Assembly (NCBI GenBank): GCA_963806095.1
Contig: CAWDWV010000002.1
Span: forward strand, 3,181,949-3,245,948
DNA: 64,000 bases
DNA from: Thermoanaerobaculia bacterium
Lineage (GTDB): Bacteria > Acidobacteriota > Thermoanaerobaculia > Multivoradales > JAIOJS01
Direction of reading: 5' to 3'
The position numbers and the translations under genes are program-made. The number at the start of each line of letters is the position of its first letter. The first letter of the stretch is position 1. Positions 1-9,529 of the stretch are shown here, piece after piece. The notes beneath the pieces are model-generated. The model worked only from the letters and a program-made list of their open reading frames with translations. It was not told the origin of the DNA and did no database searches.

Positions 1-2311
1 GCGCCACGCCGGCGAGAGCGCCGGCGAGCGCCACCGTCATTCCTTGTCGCAATACGAGCCGCTGCACCTCGCCGGCGGCGGCGCCGACCGCCATGCGCAG
101 CCCGATCTCCCGTCGCCTCGCGTTGACCGTCTGCGAGAGGACGCCGTAGACGCCCACCGCCGCGAGCCCGACCGCCAACGCGGCGAAGACGAGCAGCAAC
201 AGCGAGCCGAATCGGGCCTTGGAGAGCGCGAAGCCGAGCTGCTCGTCGAGCGTCCGCACGCGGTAGACCGGCAGGTCGCGGTCGACCGTCTGCACTGCCA
301 CGCGAAGGGCGGGCACGATCGCCAGCGGATCGCCGGCGGTGCGCACGAAGCCGGTGCTGCCCGCGAGCGTCACCTGCGCGTCGGGCAGGTACGCATCGAG
401 CCGCGGCTCGTCCTGCAGCCGGCCGTAGCGCACGTCGCCGACGACGCCCACCACCTCGCCGTCCTCGTCGCCGTTGAGCCCCATGGTGCCGAGCTGCAGC
501 CGGCGCCCCACCGCGTCGCCGCGCGGGAAGAGTCGCCGCGCCGCGGTCTCGTTGAGGATCACCACGCGGCGCGTGCCGTCGCGGTCGCGGTCGTCGAACG
601 GACGGCCGGCGAGCAGGGGCACGCCGAGCGTGGCGAAGTAGTCGGGGCTCACCTTGTGCCAGCCCACCCTAGGCGCGCTCTCGCGCGGCACCGGGGTGCC
701 GGCGACCGACAGCACGATGGTGGAGTTGCAGCCGCTCTCCCCCGCCGCCGGGGTGCAGGTACCGAGGGCGGCGAGCTCGACACCGGGGAGGGCGCGCAGC
801 CGCTCGAGCAACTGGCCGTGGAAGGCGCCCGCGGTCTGCTCGCCGTAGGCCCCGTCGGCCGGCGTCACCGCGAAGGTGAGCACGCGCTCGCCGCGCACGC
901 CGATGGGCACCCGCTGCAGTGCCCAGAGGCTGCGCAGCAGCAGCCCGGCGCCGACGAGCAGCACCATCGCCAGCGCCACCTGTCCGGCGACGAGCAGGCT
1001 CCCGGCCCCGCCTCGCAGGCTCGCACCCCCCTTGCGCAGGTCGTCGCCGAGCTGCGGCCGCCGGGCCGCGAGCGCCGGCGCGAGGCCGAACAGCACCGTC
1101 GTTGCGACCGCGACGGCGGCGCAGAAGGACGCCACCCGCCAATCCACGGCCGCGCCGCCGAGGTCGTGCAGCTCCGCCGAGCTCACCCCCCAAGCGCCCA
1201 GCGCCTCCGGACGCATGGCAGTGAGCCCGCGCACGATCCACGACGCCGGCAGGAGACCGGCGGCGGCGCCGGCGATCGCCAGCAGCAGGCTCTCCAGCAT
1301 CGACATGCGGAAGAGGCGACCGGCGCTGGCGCCGACGGCGAGCCGGATCGCCACGTCGCGGCGGCGCGTCGCGGCGCGCGCGGTGGCAAGACCGGCAAGG
1401 TTGGCGCAGGCGATGAGCAGCACGGCCCCGACGGCGGCGAGCAGCACCACCAGCGCGCGCCGCACGAAGGGGTCGCGGCGCGCCTCGGCGAGCGGCACAC
1501 CGCCGGCTCCCCAGACGCTGCCGTCGTCGTACTCGGCCGGCACCGGGAGGGCGGCCGCCACGACCTTGCCGACGCGCGCCATCTCGCTCTCGAGGCGCGC
1601 GCGAGTGACGCCGGGACGGAGCCGCCCCACCACCTCGAGGTAGTGGTTGTCTGGCTCGCTGATCGCCTCGGGATACCAGAGCGCGGCGGCTGCCGTCACC
1701 GGCACCCAAACCTCCGCCTCGCCGGTCAACCCGCGAAAGCCCGCCGGCACCACGCCGACCACGGTCACCGGCACACGGCCGAGGTGGACCGTGCGCCCGA
1801 CGATGCCTTCGTCGCCACCGAAGCGCCGCCTCCAGAGGCCCTCGCCGACCATCGCCACCACCGGCCCGCCGACTTTGGCGTCGGCGCTGCCGAAGGCCCG
1901 GCCGAGGCGGGGCGGCACTCCCAGCAGCTCGAAGTAGGCCGGTCCCACCATCTCCATCTGCAACCGCTCCGGCGTCCCCGCGCCCGTCAGGTTCACGCTG
2001 TCCGAGACGAACGGCGCCAGGTCGGCGAAGATGGTCTGCGCGCGGGCGAACGCCTCGTACTTCGGGTACGACCAGGTCAGCCGCGGCGGTCCCAGCCGCT
2101 CCGTGTTCCCCTCGTTGGTCATGTACGCCATGGCCAGGCGGTCCGGCTGCGGGAACGGCAGCGGCCGCAGCATCAGGCTGTCCACGAGGCTGAAGATCGC
2201 GCCGTTGGCCCCGATGCCGAGCGCGAGCGCCAGCACGCAGAGCGACGTGTACCCGGGGCTCTTGCGCAGCGCCCGCAGGGCGTACCGCAGGTCGGTGACC
2301 AAGCTGTTCAT
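1..2311 (-). CDS. ABC-transporter permease, FtsX/MacB-like, ADOP type; C-terminus runs off the left window edge
   Basis: Absent from the ORF track because it is open at the window edge. Reverse-strand translation from ATG 2311..2309 gives MNSLVTDLRYALRALRKSPGYTSLCVLALALGIGANGAIFSLVDSLMLRPLPFPQPDRL... and stays open to position 1. It shows a MacB-like periplasmic region and FtsX-type helices (..RRREIGLRMAVGA..). Confidence 0.85.
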   Translation of the reverse strand, partial: MNSLVTDLRYALRALRKSPGYTSLCVLALALGIGANGAIFSLVDSLMLRPLPFPQPDRLAMAYMTNEGNTERLGPPRLTWSYPKYEAFARAQTIFADLAPFVSDSVNLTGAGTPERLQMEMVGPAYFELLGVPPRLGRAFGSADAKVGGPVVAMVGEGLWRRRFGGDEGIVGRTVHLGRVPVTVVGVVPAGFRGLTGEAEVWVPVTAAAALWYPEAISEPDNHYLEVVGRLRPGVTRARLESEMARVGKVVAAALPVPAEYDDGSVWGAGGVPLAEARRDPFVRRALVVLLAAVGAVLLIACANLAGLATARAATRRRDVAIRLAVGASAGRLFRMSMLESLLLAIAGAAAGLLPASWIVRGLTAMRPEALGAWGVSSAELHDLGGAAVDWRVASFCAAVAVATTVLFGLAPALAARRPQLGDDLRKGGASLRGGAGSLLVAGQVALAMVLLVGAGLLLRSLWALQRVPIGVRGERVLTFAVTPADGAYGEQTAGAFHGQLLERLRALPGVELAALGTCTPAAGESGCNSTIVLSVAGTPVPRESAPRVGWHKVSPDYFATLGVPLLAGRPFDDRDRDGTRRVVILNETAARRLFPRGDAVGRRLQLGTMGLNGDEDGEVVGVVGDVRYGRLQDEPRLDAYLPDAQVTLAGSTGFVRTAGDPLAIVPALRVAVQTVDRDLPVYRVRTLDEQLGFALSKARFGSLLLLVFAALAVGLAAVGVYGVLSQTVNARRREIGLRMAVGAAAGEVQRLVLRQGMTVALAGALAGVA

Positions 2312-2499
2312 GGGGGCGGCGCGGAGCAACCACGATGCCCGGTCGAGCGTCCGGAGCCAAACCGCTACCGTGCAACGACTTGCCCTCCCACTCGACGCGC
2401 TGTTCTTGCCACACCACGTGTCCGCCGGCAGACCACTGCGTCGCGCCAGCGGACACCGACGCAGCGCCGCCGGTGACGGGTCGCGATAGAATCATCGGC

Positions 2500-2540
2500 G
2501 GGCGGTCCGGTTCCCCGTTGGTCTAAGAACCGGACCGCCC
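2500..2540 (+). promoter_or_regulatory. Perfect 14-bp stem / 13-nt loop hairpin in the guaB leader
   Basis: GGGCGGTCCGGTTC (2500-2513) pairs perfectly with GAACCGGACCGCCC (2527-2540). It ends 7 nt before the first ATG of the guaB ORF. It lies in the divergent intergenic region between the permease and guaB. Confidence 0.5.
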
Positions 2541-2547
2541 GAACCTT

Positions 2548-4065
2548 ATGCAGTCAGCGCGAAAGGCGGCCTCGATGCTCGACCTGCAGGACCAGCTCCC
2601 TCTCGCCCTCACCTTCGACGACGTGCTCATCGTCCCCGGCTACTCCGAGGTGCACCCGGCCGAGGTGGCCCTGCGCACCACCCTGTGCGCCGGCATCACC
2701 CTCAACATGCCCCTGCTCTCGGCGGCGATGGACACCGTCACCGAGTCGCGCCTCGCCATCGCGCTCGCTCAGGAGGGCGGCATCGGCGTCATCCACAAGA
2801 ACCTGCCCGTCGACGCCCAGGCGGCCGAGGTCGACCGCGTCAAGCGCTCCGAGGCGGGGATGATCGTCGACCCGGTGACCATGCGCCCCGACCAGTCGAT
2901 CCGCGCCGCCCTCGAGCTGATGGCGCACTTCAAGATCTCCGGCGTGCCGGTGACCGACGACCGCGGCAAGCTGGTGGGCATCCTCACCAACCGCGACCTG
3001 CGCTGGGAGACCGAGCTCGACCGGCCGATCTCCGACCTGATGACGCGCGAGGACCTGGTCACCGTCCCCGAGGGCACCACCCTCGAGCAGGCCAAGGCGC
3101 TGCTGCACAAGCACAAGATCGAGAAGCTGCTGGTGGTCGACCCGGCGGGCAACCTGCGCGGCCTGATCACCGTCAAGGACATCCAGAAGATGATGCAGTA
3201 CCCCAACGCCTGCAAGGACGCCTTGGGGCGGCTGCGCGCGGCGGCGGCGGTGGGCGCCGGCGGCGACTACCTCGAGCGCGCGGCGGCGCTGGTGGCGGCG
3301 AAGGTCGACGTGCTGGTGGTCGACTCCTCGCACGCCCACAGCAAGGGCGTCATCGCCGCGGTGGCGGCGATCCGCGCCCGCTTCGCCGACACTCGCATCC
3401 TCGCCGGCAACGTCGCCACCGCCGACGGTGCCAAGGCCCTCGTCGACGCCGGCGCCGACACGGTCAAGGTGGGCATCGGGCCGGGGAGCATCTGCACCAC
3501 GCGCGTCGTCACCGGCGCCGGGCTGCCGCAGATCACCGCCATCCGCGACTGCGTGCGCGCTTGCGAAGAGCGCGGCGTGCCGGTGGTGGCCGACGGCGGT
3601 ATCAAGTTCTCGGGCGACGTCACCAAGGCGATTGCCGCTGGCGCCGGCTCGGTGATGATCGGCTCGCTCTTTGCCGGCACCGAAGAGAGCCCCGGGGAGA
3701 CCATCCTCTACCAGGGACGCACCTACAAGGCCTACCGCGGCATGGGATCGCTGTCGGCGATGGCGCGCGGCAGCGCCGACCGCTACTTCCAGGAGCGCGC
3801 CGAGCAGGAAGGCAACGGCGCGCTGTCGAAGCTGGTGCCCGAAGGCATCGAGGGGATGGTGCCCTACAAGGGGAGCGTCCACCAGATGGTGCAGCAGCTC
3901 ACCGGCGGCCTGCGTTCGGGCATGGGGCTCGCCGGCTGCAGCTCGATCGAGCAGCTGCGCCGCGAGGCGAAGCTGGTGCGCGTCTCCACCGCCGGCCTCA
4001 AGGAGAGCCACGCCCACGACGTGGTGATCACCAAGGAAGCGCCGAACTATTGGGTGGAACGATAG
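2548..4065 (+). CDS. guaB: IMP dehydrogenase
   Basis: [14 protein letters not shown]-terminus, tandem CBS region, catalytic loop [13 protein letters not shown], and C-terminal [12 protein letters not shown]. The true start may be the internal MLDL at 2575. Confidence 0.97.
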   Translation: MQSARKAASMLDLQDQLPLALTFDDVLIVPGYSEVHPAEVALRTTLCAGITLNMPLLSAAMDTVTESRLAIALAQEGGIGVIHKNLPVDAQAAEVDRVKRSEAGMIVDPVTMRPDQSIRAALELMAHFKISGVPVTDDRGKLVGILTNRDLRWETELDRPISDLMTREDLVTVPEGTTLEQAKALLHKHKIEKLLVVDPAGNLRGLITVKDIQKMMQYPNACKDALGRLRAAAAVGAGGDYLERAAALVAAKVDVLVVDSSHAHSKGVIAAVAAIRARFADTRILAGNVATADGAKALVDAGADTVKVGIGPGSICTTRVVTGAGLPQITAIRDCVRACEERGVPVVADGGIKFSGDVTKAIAAGAGSVMIGSLFAGTEESPGETILYQGRTYKAYRGMGSLSAMARGSADRYFQERAEQEGNGALSKLVPEGIEGMVPYKGSVHQMVQQLTGGLRSGMGLAGCSSIEQLRREAKLVRVSTAGLKESHAHDVVITKEAPNYWVER

Positions 4066-5645
4066 GGCAACCGTGGGCCGCTCGGGCCGCCTGGCGGTGC
4101 GCCGTCGCGCTCGCCCTGCTGGCCGCCTCTGGGGCGCCGATCGGCTGCCGTGGCGAAGAGTCTCCGATCCGCGGCAACAACCCGCTGGTGCTGGTGGGCA
4201 TCGACGGCGCCGACTGGAGCGTCGTCCGCGAGCTCTGGTCGCAGGGCAAGCTGCCCCACCTGCGTCGCCTCGCCGACCGCGGCAGCAGCGCCGTGCTGCA
4301 CACCGACTCGGCGGTCTCACCGGTCATCTGGACGACGATCGCCACCGGCCACCGCCCACGGGTGCACGGGATCACCGACTTCGTCGTCCACACTCCCACC
4401 GGCGACGTGCCCGTCTCCGCCAACCTGCGGCGGGTGCCGGCGCTGTGGAACATGGCGTCCACGGCCGGCCTCGACGTCGGCGTCGTCTCCTGGTGGGCGA
4501 GCTGGCCCGCCGAGGCGGTGCGCGGCGTCGTCGTTTCGGACCGCGCGCTGCTCGACGTGGCCGAGGCGCTGTCGCCGGCGACCTTCCGGCCGCGGTTCGA
4601 CGAGATGCGACGGGCAGCCCTGGCGCGTCCCGGTCGTTTCGGCGGCGATCCCGCCACCGCCCGGCGCGACCAGGTCACCGCCGAGGTGAGCTTGCGCCTG
4701 GCCGCCGAGCCCAACGACCTGCTGCTCGTCTACTTCCGCGGCGTCGACGTGGCGAGCCACCACTACTGGCGGCACTTCCGGCCGGCCGGCTTCGTCGAGA
4801 CGCCGGACCCCGCCCTCGCCGCCGAGGTGCCGCGCGTCTACGAGGCGGTCGACGAGGCGATCGGCGCCCTCGTCGCCGCCGCCCCGCAGGCCAACTTCGT
4901 CGTCGTCTCCGACCACGGTTTCGAGCCGCTGCCGCGCGAGGAGGTCGTCGCCACCCTCGACTTCGAGCGGGTGCTCGAAGCGCTCGGCTTCTTGACCGGC
5001 GAGAAGGGCGCCATCGACTTCAGCCGCACCCGCATCTACAGCCACGCGACACCGCCGACGTCCGGCCGCCGGCGGCTCCGCTACGCGACAGCGGGCACGA
5101 AGCCCGGGGCCAAGGTGCTGCCGAGCGAGATCGGCCAGGTGCGGCAGGAGCTGGACGAGGCGCTGGCGCGCGTCACCTGGGAGGATGGCCGCCGCGCCTT
5201 CACCCTCCGCGACCCCACCTGGCGGGAGGCGAAGGACGGGGCCGAGCTCATCGCCGTCTTCGAGCCGGAGCGCGCCACGCCGACGCTGCGCGTGGACGGC
5301 CGGCCGGTGCCCGCGGCGGTGACGGAGGTGTCGCGCGTCTCGGGCACCCACGACGCCAAGACCCACGGCATCTTCATCGCCGCCGGCCCCGACGTCACGC
5401 TCGGCGCGCAGCTTCCCGGCATCACCATCTACGACGTCGCGCCGACGGTGCTCCGCGCCCTCCGTCTGCCCATCGCCGAGGACTTCGCCGGCGTCGTCCG
5501 CGACGAGCTGTTCACCGCCGCGATCCAGCAGTCGCCAGCCCGCACCATCGCCACTTGGGGGAAGCCCCAAAGCGGCCGCACCACCCGCTCGCAGGCCGAC
5601 GAGGAGCTGCTGCGCGAGCTGCGAGCGCTCGGCTACCTCCAGTAG
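4050..5645 (+). CDS. Alkaline-phosphatase superfamily protein (type I phosphodiesterase/nucleotide pyrophosphatase-like), probable lipoprotein
   Basis: This is the real part of track ORF 2685..5645; the upstream part is an out-of-frame overlap with guaB. It has a signal/lipobox-like [11 protein letters not shown], then [10 protein letters not shown]...[22 protein letters not shown] and a C-terminal LRALGYLQ. The start (TTG 4050) is uncertain. Confidence 0.8.
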   Translation: MGGTIGQPWAARAAWRCAVALALLAASGAPIGCRGEESPIRGNNPLVLVGIDGADWSVVRELWSQGKLPHLRRLADRGSSAVLHTDSAVSPVIWTTIATGHRPRVHGITDFVVHTPTGDVPVSANLRRVPALWNMASTAGLDVGVVSWWASWPAEAVRGVVVSDRALLDVAEALSPATFRPRFDEMRRAALARPGRFGGDPATARRDQVTAEVSLRLAAEPNDLLLVYFRGVDVASHHYWRHFRPAGFVETPDPALAAEVPRVYEAVDEAIGALVAAAPQANFVVVSDHGFEPLPREEVVATLDFERVLEALGFLTGEKGAIDFSRTRIYSHATPPTSGRRRLRYATAGTKPGAKVLPSEIGQVRQELDEALARVTWEDGRRAFTLRDPTWREAKDGAELIAVFEPERATPTLRVDGRPVPAAVTEVSRVSGTHDAKTHGIFIAAGPDVTLGAQLPGITIYDVAPTVLRALRLPIAEDFAGVVRDELFTAAIQQSPARTIATWGKPQSGRTTRSQADEELLRELRALGYLQ

Positions 5646-5732
5646 CCGCTCGCGGGAGCACCGAGGGCCGCCGCGGCCTCCCTTCCCGGCCCGGCGCCGC
5701 GCGCGTGTTAGGCTGGTCTCGAGGAGAATCTC

Positions 5733-6326
5733 ATGGCTGTCGCCGGCACCGTGCATGGCCTCGAAGAGTTGATCGACTGTCTCGACCAGGCGGTGCAGCG
5801 CGCCGACGCCGAGAGCATCACCCACGAGGTCAAGGACACTCTCGAGCGCCTGCTCACCTCCGGCTCGCTCGAGCTGCCGGCGGCGCTCGTCGAGCCGCAC
5901 CCGGACCGCTACGCCCGGCGGCTGCTTCACAAGAGCGAGGCGCTCGGCTACAGCGTGCTGGTGATGACCTGGGGTCCCGGCCAGGGCACGCCGCTACACG
6001 ACCACGCCGGCATGTGGTGCGTCGAGGGCGTGCTCTGCGGCGACATCGACGTCACCCAGTACGAGCTGCTCGAGCAGCAAGGCGAGAAGTACCGCTTCCG
6101 CCGTGAGAACACGGTGAGCGCGGGCGTCGGCAACGCCGGCGCGCTGATCCCGCCCTTCGAGTACCACACCATCGCCAACGTCTCGCCGACCCAGAAGGCG
6201 GTGACGGTGCACGTCTACGCCGGCGAGATGACGAGCTGCACCGCCTTCGTGCCGGTTTCGGCCGACTCCCGAGGGGAAGACGGCTGGCACGAGCGGCAGG
6301 AGCGCCAGCTCAGCTACTCCGAGTAG
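5733..6326 (+). CDS. Cysteine dioxygenase type I-like cupin protein
   Basis: Cupin metal motif GTPLHDHAGMWCVEGVLCG ... FEYHTIANVS. Size and layout are typical of bacterial CDO-like proteins. Confidence 0.75.
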   Translation: MAVAGTVHGLEELIDCLDQAVQRADAESITHEVKDTLERLLTSGSLELPAALVEPHPDRYARRLLHKSEALGYSVLVMTWGPGQGTPLHDHAGMWCVEGVLCGDIDVTQYELLEQQGEKYRFRRENTVSAGVGNAGALIPPFEYHTIANVSPTQKAVTVHVYAGEMTSCTAFVPVSADSRGEDGWHERQERQLSYSE

Positions 6327-6332
6327 GTCAGC

Positions 6333-6989
6333 TCAGCCACCGCGGTCGGCCGCGGGCTTGCGGCGTTCGCCGCCGCCTTCTTCCGCGACCTCGTCGCCCA
6401 GCCGACGACGGACGAAGCGAAGGATCAACCCCACCGACAGCTCGTCGCTGAAGCCGCCGACGAAGGCGACGACGTTGAGCCAGAGCACCGGGTCCGCGCT
6501 GCGCTCTTCGGGCTTCTGGTCTACAGGCTCGGCCACTGCCGGCGCTACGGGCGTCGCCACCACTGCAGGCGTCGCCACTGCTGCGGGCTCCCTCGCCTGG
6601 ATAGGCGGCGGGGTTGTGTCGAGCAGCTTGCCTGCCGCCAAGGCAAGGAAGTACACCAGCGACCCCATGAAGAGCCCGATGATCGGCTTGGCGATGGCCC
6701 AGGTGTAGAGACCGAGGCGGCTCGCCGGTAGATCGCGGCGGCTGGCCAGTCGAAGCAGTACCGAGACCATCCCGCCGGCGAACGCCCACTCCAGGATGGC
6801 GATCGGCACGAACATGATGATCGGGTTGTCTACCGGCCACTTCAGGCGGCCGTCCACACGCGGCCAGATGGCGATGGAGATCGCAGTCAGGATGCCCAGC
6901 AGTGCCACGGCGACCACTACCGTCAGCCAGAGCACTCGCCGCTCCTGCTCGGGACTCAACTCCGTGCGTGCGTCGCTCGTCGCGTCCAT
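6333..6989 (-). CDS. Hypothetical integral membrane protein
   Basis: 218-aa ORF with several hydrophobic helices (LWLTVVVAVALLGILTAISIAIW, IIMFVPIAILEWAFAGGMVSVLL, IIGLFMGSLVYFLALAAG), a Pro/Ala/Val-rich linker and a basic C-terminus. GC3-rich codon usage. I recognised no family. Confidence 0.6.
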   Translation of the reverse strand: MDATSDARTELSPEQERRVLWLTVVVAVALLGILTAISIAIWPRVDGRLKWPVDNPIIMFVPIAILEWAFAGGMVSVLLRLASRRDLPASRLGLYTWAIAKPIIGLFMGSLVYFLALAAGKLLDTTPPPIQAREPAAVATPAVVATPVAPAVAEPVDQKPEERSADPVLWLNVVAFVGGFSDELSVGLILRFVRRRLGDEVAEEGGGERRKPAADRGG

Positions 6990-7078
6990 CTATCTGCTTG
7001 CGGTGGACCTACCGTAGCACCGAACCGACGCGAGCCCAACGGCCATTCGCCACGGCACTGCCGGCCGTCCGCTGCACC

Positions 7079-9529
7079 TCACCCGTGACGCCAGAGCAGG
7101 CTCACGCTGTCGATCTCCACTTCGCGAGGCGCGAGGCGCACCTCCTCCAGCGTCTCGCTCTCCGGCCGCGCGGCGGCGTCGGCGCCCGCCACGTCCGCGG
7201 CCATCTGGCGCTCCACCTCGGCAAGCTCGGCCTGCGCGGTCCCGAGGCGCTGCTTGGCCTGGGTGACGTCCTGTGCCTCGTGCATGGCGCGCCCGGCGCC
7301 GCGCGCCGCGGTGGTGGCGCGGCCGAGCGTGCCGATCGACAGCTTCTTGCGGCCGAACAGCGCGGAGAGCACGGTGGCGCCGACCGAGATCGCGGTGTTC
7401 ATCTGCTGGCCGCGCAACTGCCCTTCCTGCGTGGCGACCGCCTCCTGCGCCTTGGCGACTCTCGCCTGCACCTGCTCGGCCTTCTTCGCCCAGCGCGCGC
7501 GCACGGCGTCCAGCCGCGCCGCGCGCATCGCTCGCGCCTGCTCGGCGAGGCGGATGCGCAGCTCGCGCTCGCCTTCGCCGGGGCGGGACAGCTCGCCCAG
7601 CGACGGGCTGCGCCAGAGGGTGAGGGCGCGATCGTCCTTGAGGTGGCGCTTGAAGGTGGACTCCCAGGCGCGCCAGGCGCCGGCGCGTCCCGCCGCCTCG
7701 GGGAGCGCGGCCGGCACGGCGCCGGCGGGCGGCTCGCGCCGCAGCTCGCTCGTCGGCCGGCCGAGAGGCTGCGACGCGCGCCAGTCGACCTCCTCGCCCT
7801 CGACCGGCAGCGCCGCCACGATCGCGACTTCCTCGGCGTGCTCGATCCCCTTGCGCGCGTCGCGGTAGCGCGCGCGCCCCTTCGCCAGCAGCGCGGGGCG
7901 ATACTCACCCGCCGCGCCAGGCTCCCAGAGTTGCACTACCGTAGCGGGCAACAGGACCGCCGGCGCCGCCGGCGCGGCCGCACCCCCGCTCCCTTGCGGC
8001 GCGTCTGCACCGCCGGCCGACGACGACGGTGCGGCTGGAGTTGCCGCGGGCGAAGCTGCAGCAGCCGGGGACGCGCTCGCCGCCGATTCGTCGCCGCCGC
8101 CGTCCGACTCGGCCGCCGACAGCCGTCGCACCTCCTGCCGCGTCAGCGGCCCGCGCAGGTACGACAGGGTCCAGCGCGTCTCGAACACCGCGGGCGCGCC
8201 GGCGTGCACGTCGTGGAGCAGGAAGAGCCGGCTGCGCAGCCGCGACAGCACCGCATCGAGCTCCTGCCGCGACGGCCCCGCTCCTCCGGAGGCCCCCTCG
8301 AGCCCGTCGAGCAGCCGCTCCTTGTCGCGCTCGGCCTGCAGGCGGCCGAGGAACCAGGTGCCGATGTTGGTGAGCCCCTTGTAGTCGAGGTCGACGGGGT
8401 TCTGCGTCGCCAGCACGACGCCGAGGCCGAAGGCGCGCGCCTGCTTGAGCAGGGTCAGCAGCGGCCGCTTCGACGGCGGCTCCGCCACCGGCGGCAGGTA
8501 GCCGAAGACCTCGTCCATGTAGAGGATGGCGCGCAGGCTGCTGGTGCCCGGCCGCGTGCGCACCCAGGCCAGCGTCTGGTCGAGCAGCAGGGTGACGAAG
8601 AACATCCGCTCGCGCTCGGAGAGGTGGCCGATGGAGCAGATCGCCACCCGCGGCTTGCCCTCGGCGGTGTAGAGCATGCGGTCGATGTCGAGCGGCTCGC
8701 CCTGCAGCCAGGCCGCGAAGCCCGGCGAGGCGAGCAGGTTGTTGAGCGCCATCGCCAGCCCGAAGCGCTCCTTCTCGGGGTAGAAGCTGTCGAGCTCGAG
8801 CACGCCGATGCGGGCGACCGGCGGCCGCTGCACCTGCTGCACGAGGGTGGGCAGGTCGAGCGCGAGGCCGGCGCTCCAGGCGCGATCGAGCAACGTCGAG
8901 AGCAGGATGTGCTCGCGGCTGCGCACCGGGTCGGCGTCGATGCCGAGCAGACCGAGCAGGCCGGCCGCGGTGGTGGTCACGCGCTCGCGCAGCAGCTCGG
9001 CGTCCTCGCGCAGCGCGGCGGGCGGCGCCGCCAGCGACGAGAGCACCGCCAGCGGCCGCCCCGCCGTGCTCCCCGGCGTGTAGATCGTCACCTCCGCCGC
9101 CTCGCGCAGACGGCGGATGCGCTCGGGCCCCTCGCCCCAGGAGGCGAGGCCGTCGCGCCACTTCTTCGCCTCGCGCTCGGCGAGCTGCTCGCGCGAGATC
9201 CCCTGGCGTTCGGCCGCGCCCTCCTCCACCCAGGGCAGGAAGTCGGCCGGCGCGAGGTCCGGGAAGGTGAGCATGAGGTTGCCGAGGTCACCCTTGGGGT
9301 CGATCACCAGCGCCGGCACGCCGTCGATGGCGGCCTCCTCGAGCAGCCCGATGCAGAGGCCGGTCTTGCCGCTGCCCGTCATCCCCACGCACAGCGCGTG
9401 GGTGAGCAGGTCGCGCGAGTCGTAGAGCAGCGCGCCCGGCCGCGGGGCGTCGGCGTCGAGGTCCCAGGGGCGGCCGAGGTAGAAGAGGCCGAGCTTCTCG
9501 TAGTCCGCGGGCGAGAGGGTGTCTGCCAT
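7079..9529 (-). CDS. HerA/FtsK-like P-loop ATPase (DUF87-like) with long coiled-coil C-terminal region
   Basis: Walker A is CVGMTGSGKTGL followed by VIDPKGD. Walker B-like is ILYMDEVFGYLPP and GVVLATQNPVDLDYK. The C-terminal ~200 aa are Ala/Arg/Glu-rich and coiled-coil-like. I place the start at MADTLSPADYEKLG (ATG 9529), not the track start 9700. Confidence 0.8.
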   Translation of the reverse strand: MADTLSPADYEKLGLFYLGRPWDLDADAPRPGALLYDSRDLLTHALCVGMTGSGKTGLCIGLLEEAAIDGVPALVIDPKGDLGNLMLTFPDLAPADFLPWVEEGAAERQGISREQLAEREAKKWRDGLASWGEGPERIRRLREAAEVTIYTPGSTAGRPLAVLSSLAAPPAALREDAELLRERVTTTAAGLLGLLGIDADPVRSREHILLSTLLDRAWSAGLALDLPTLVQQVQRPPVARIGVLELDSFYPEKERFGLAMALNNLLASPGFAAWLQGEPLDIDRMLYTAEGKPRVAICSIGHLSERERMFFVTLLLDQTLAWVRTRPGTSSLRAILYMDEVFGYLPPVAEPPSKRPLLTLLKQARAFGLGVVLATQNPVDLDYKGLTNIGTWFLGRLQAERDKERLLDGLEGASGGAGPSRQELDAVLSRLRSRLFLLHDVHAGAPAVFETRWTLSYLRGPLTRQEVRRLSAAESDGGGDESAASASPAAAASPAATPAAPSSSAGGADAPQGSGGAAAPAAPAVLLPATVVQLWEPGAAGEYRPALLAKGRARYRDARKGIEHAEEVAIVAALPVEGEEVDWRASQPLGRPTSELRREPPAGAVPAALPEAAGRAGAWRAWESTFKRHLKDDRALTLWRSPSLGELSRPGEGERELRIRLAEQARAMRAARLDAVRARWAKKAEQVQARVAKAQEAVATQEGQLRGQQMNTAISVGATVLSALFGRKKLSIGTLGRATTAARGAGRAMHEAQDVTQAKQRLGTAQAELAEVERQMAADVAGADAAARPESETLEEVRLAPREVEIDSVSLLWRHG

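Noticed and set aside
44-2495. Track ORFs 44..2476 (+, 810 aa) and 669..2495 (-, 608 aa), plus smaller ORFs in this interval
   Set aside because: Their composition is Arg/Ala/Gly/His/Pro-dominated and repetitive. They overlap the well-supported ADOP permease frame on the minus strand. They are typical high-GC shadow ORFs.
2554-4320. 588-aa minus-strand ORF antisense to guaB, and the 2685..4049 part of the 986-aa plus-strand ORF
   Set aside because: They are out of frame with or antisense to an unambiguous guaB. They have low-complexity Arg/Gly/Ala content and no motifs.
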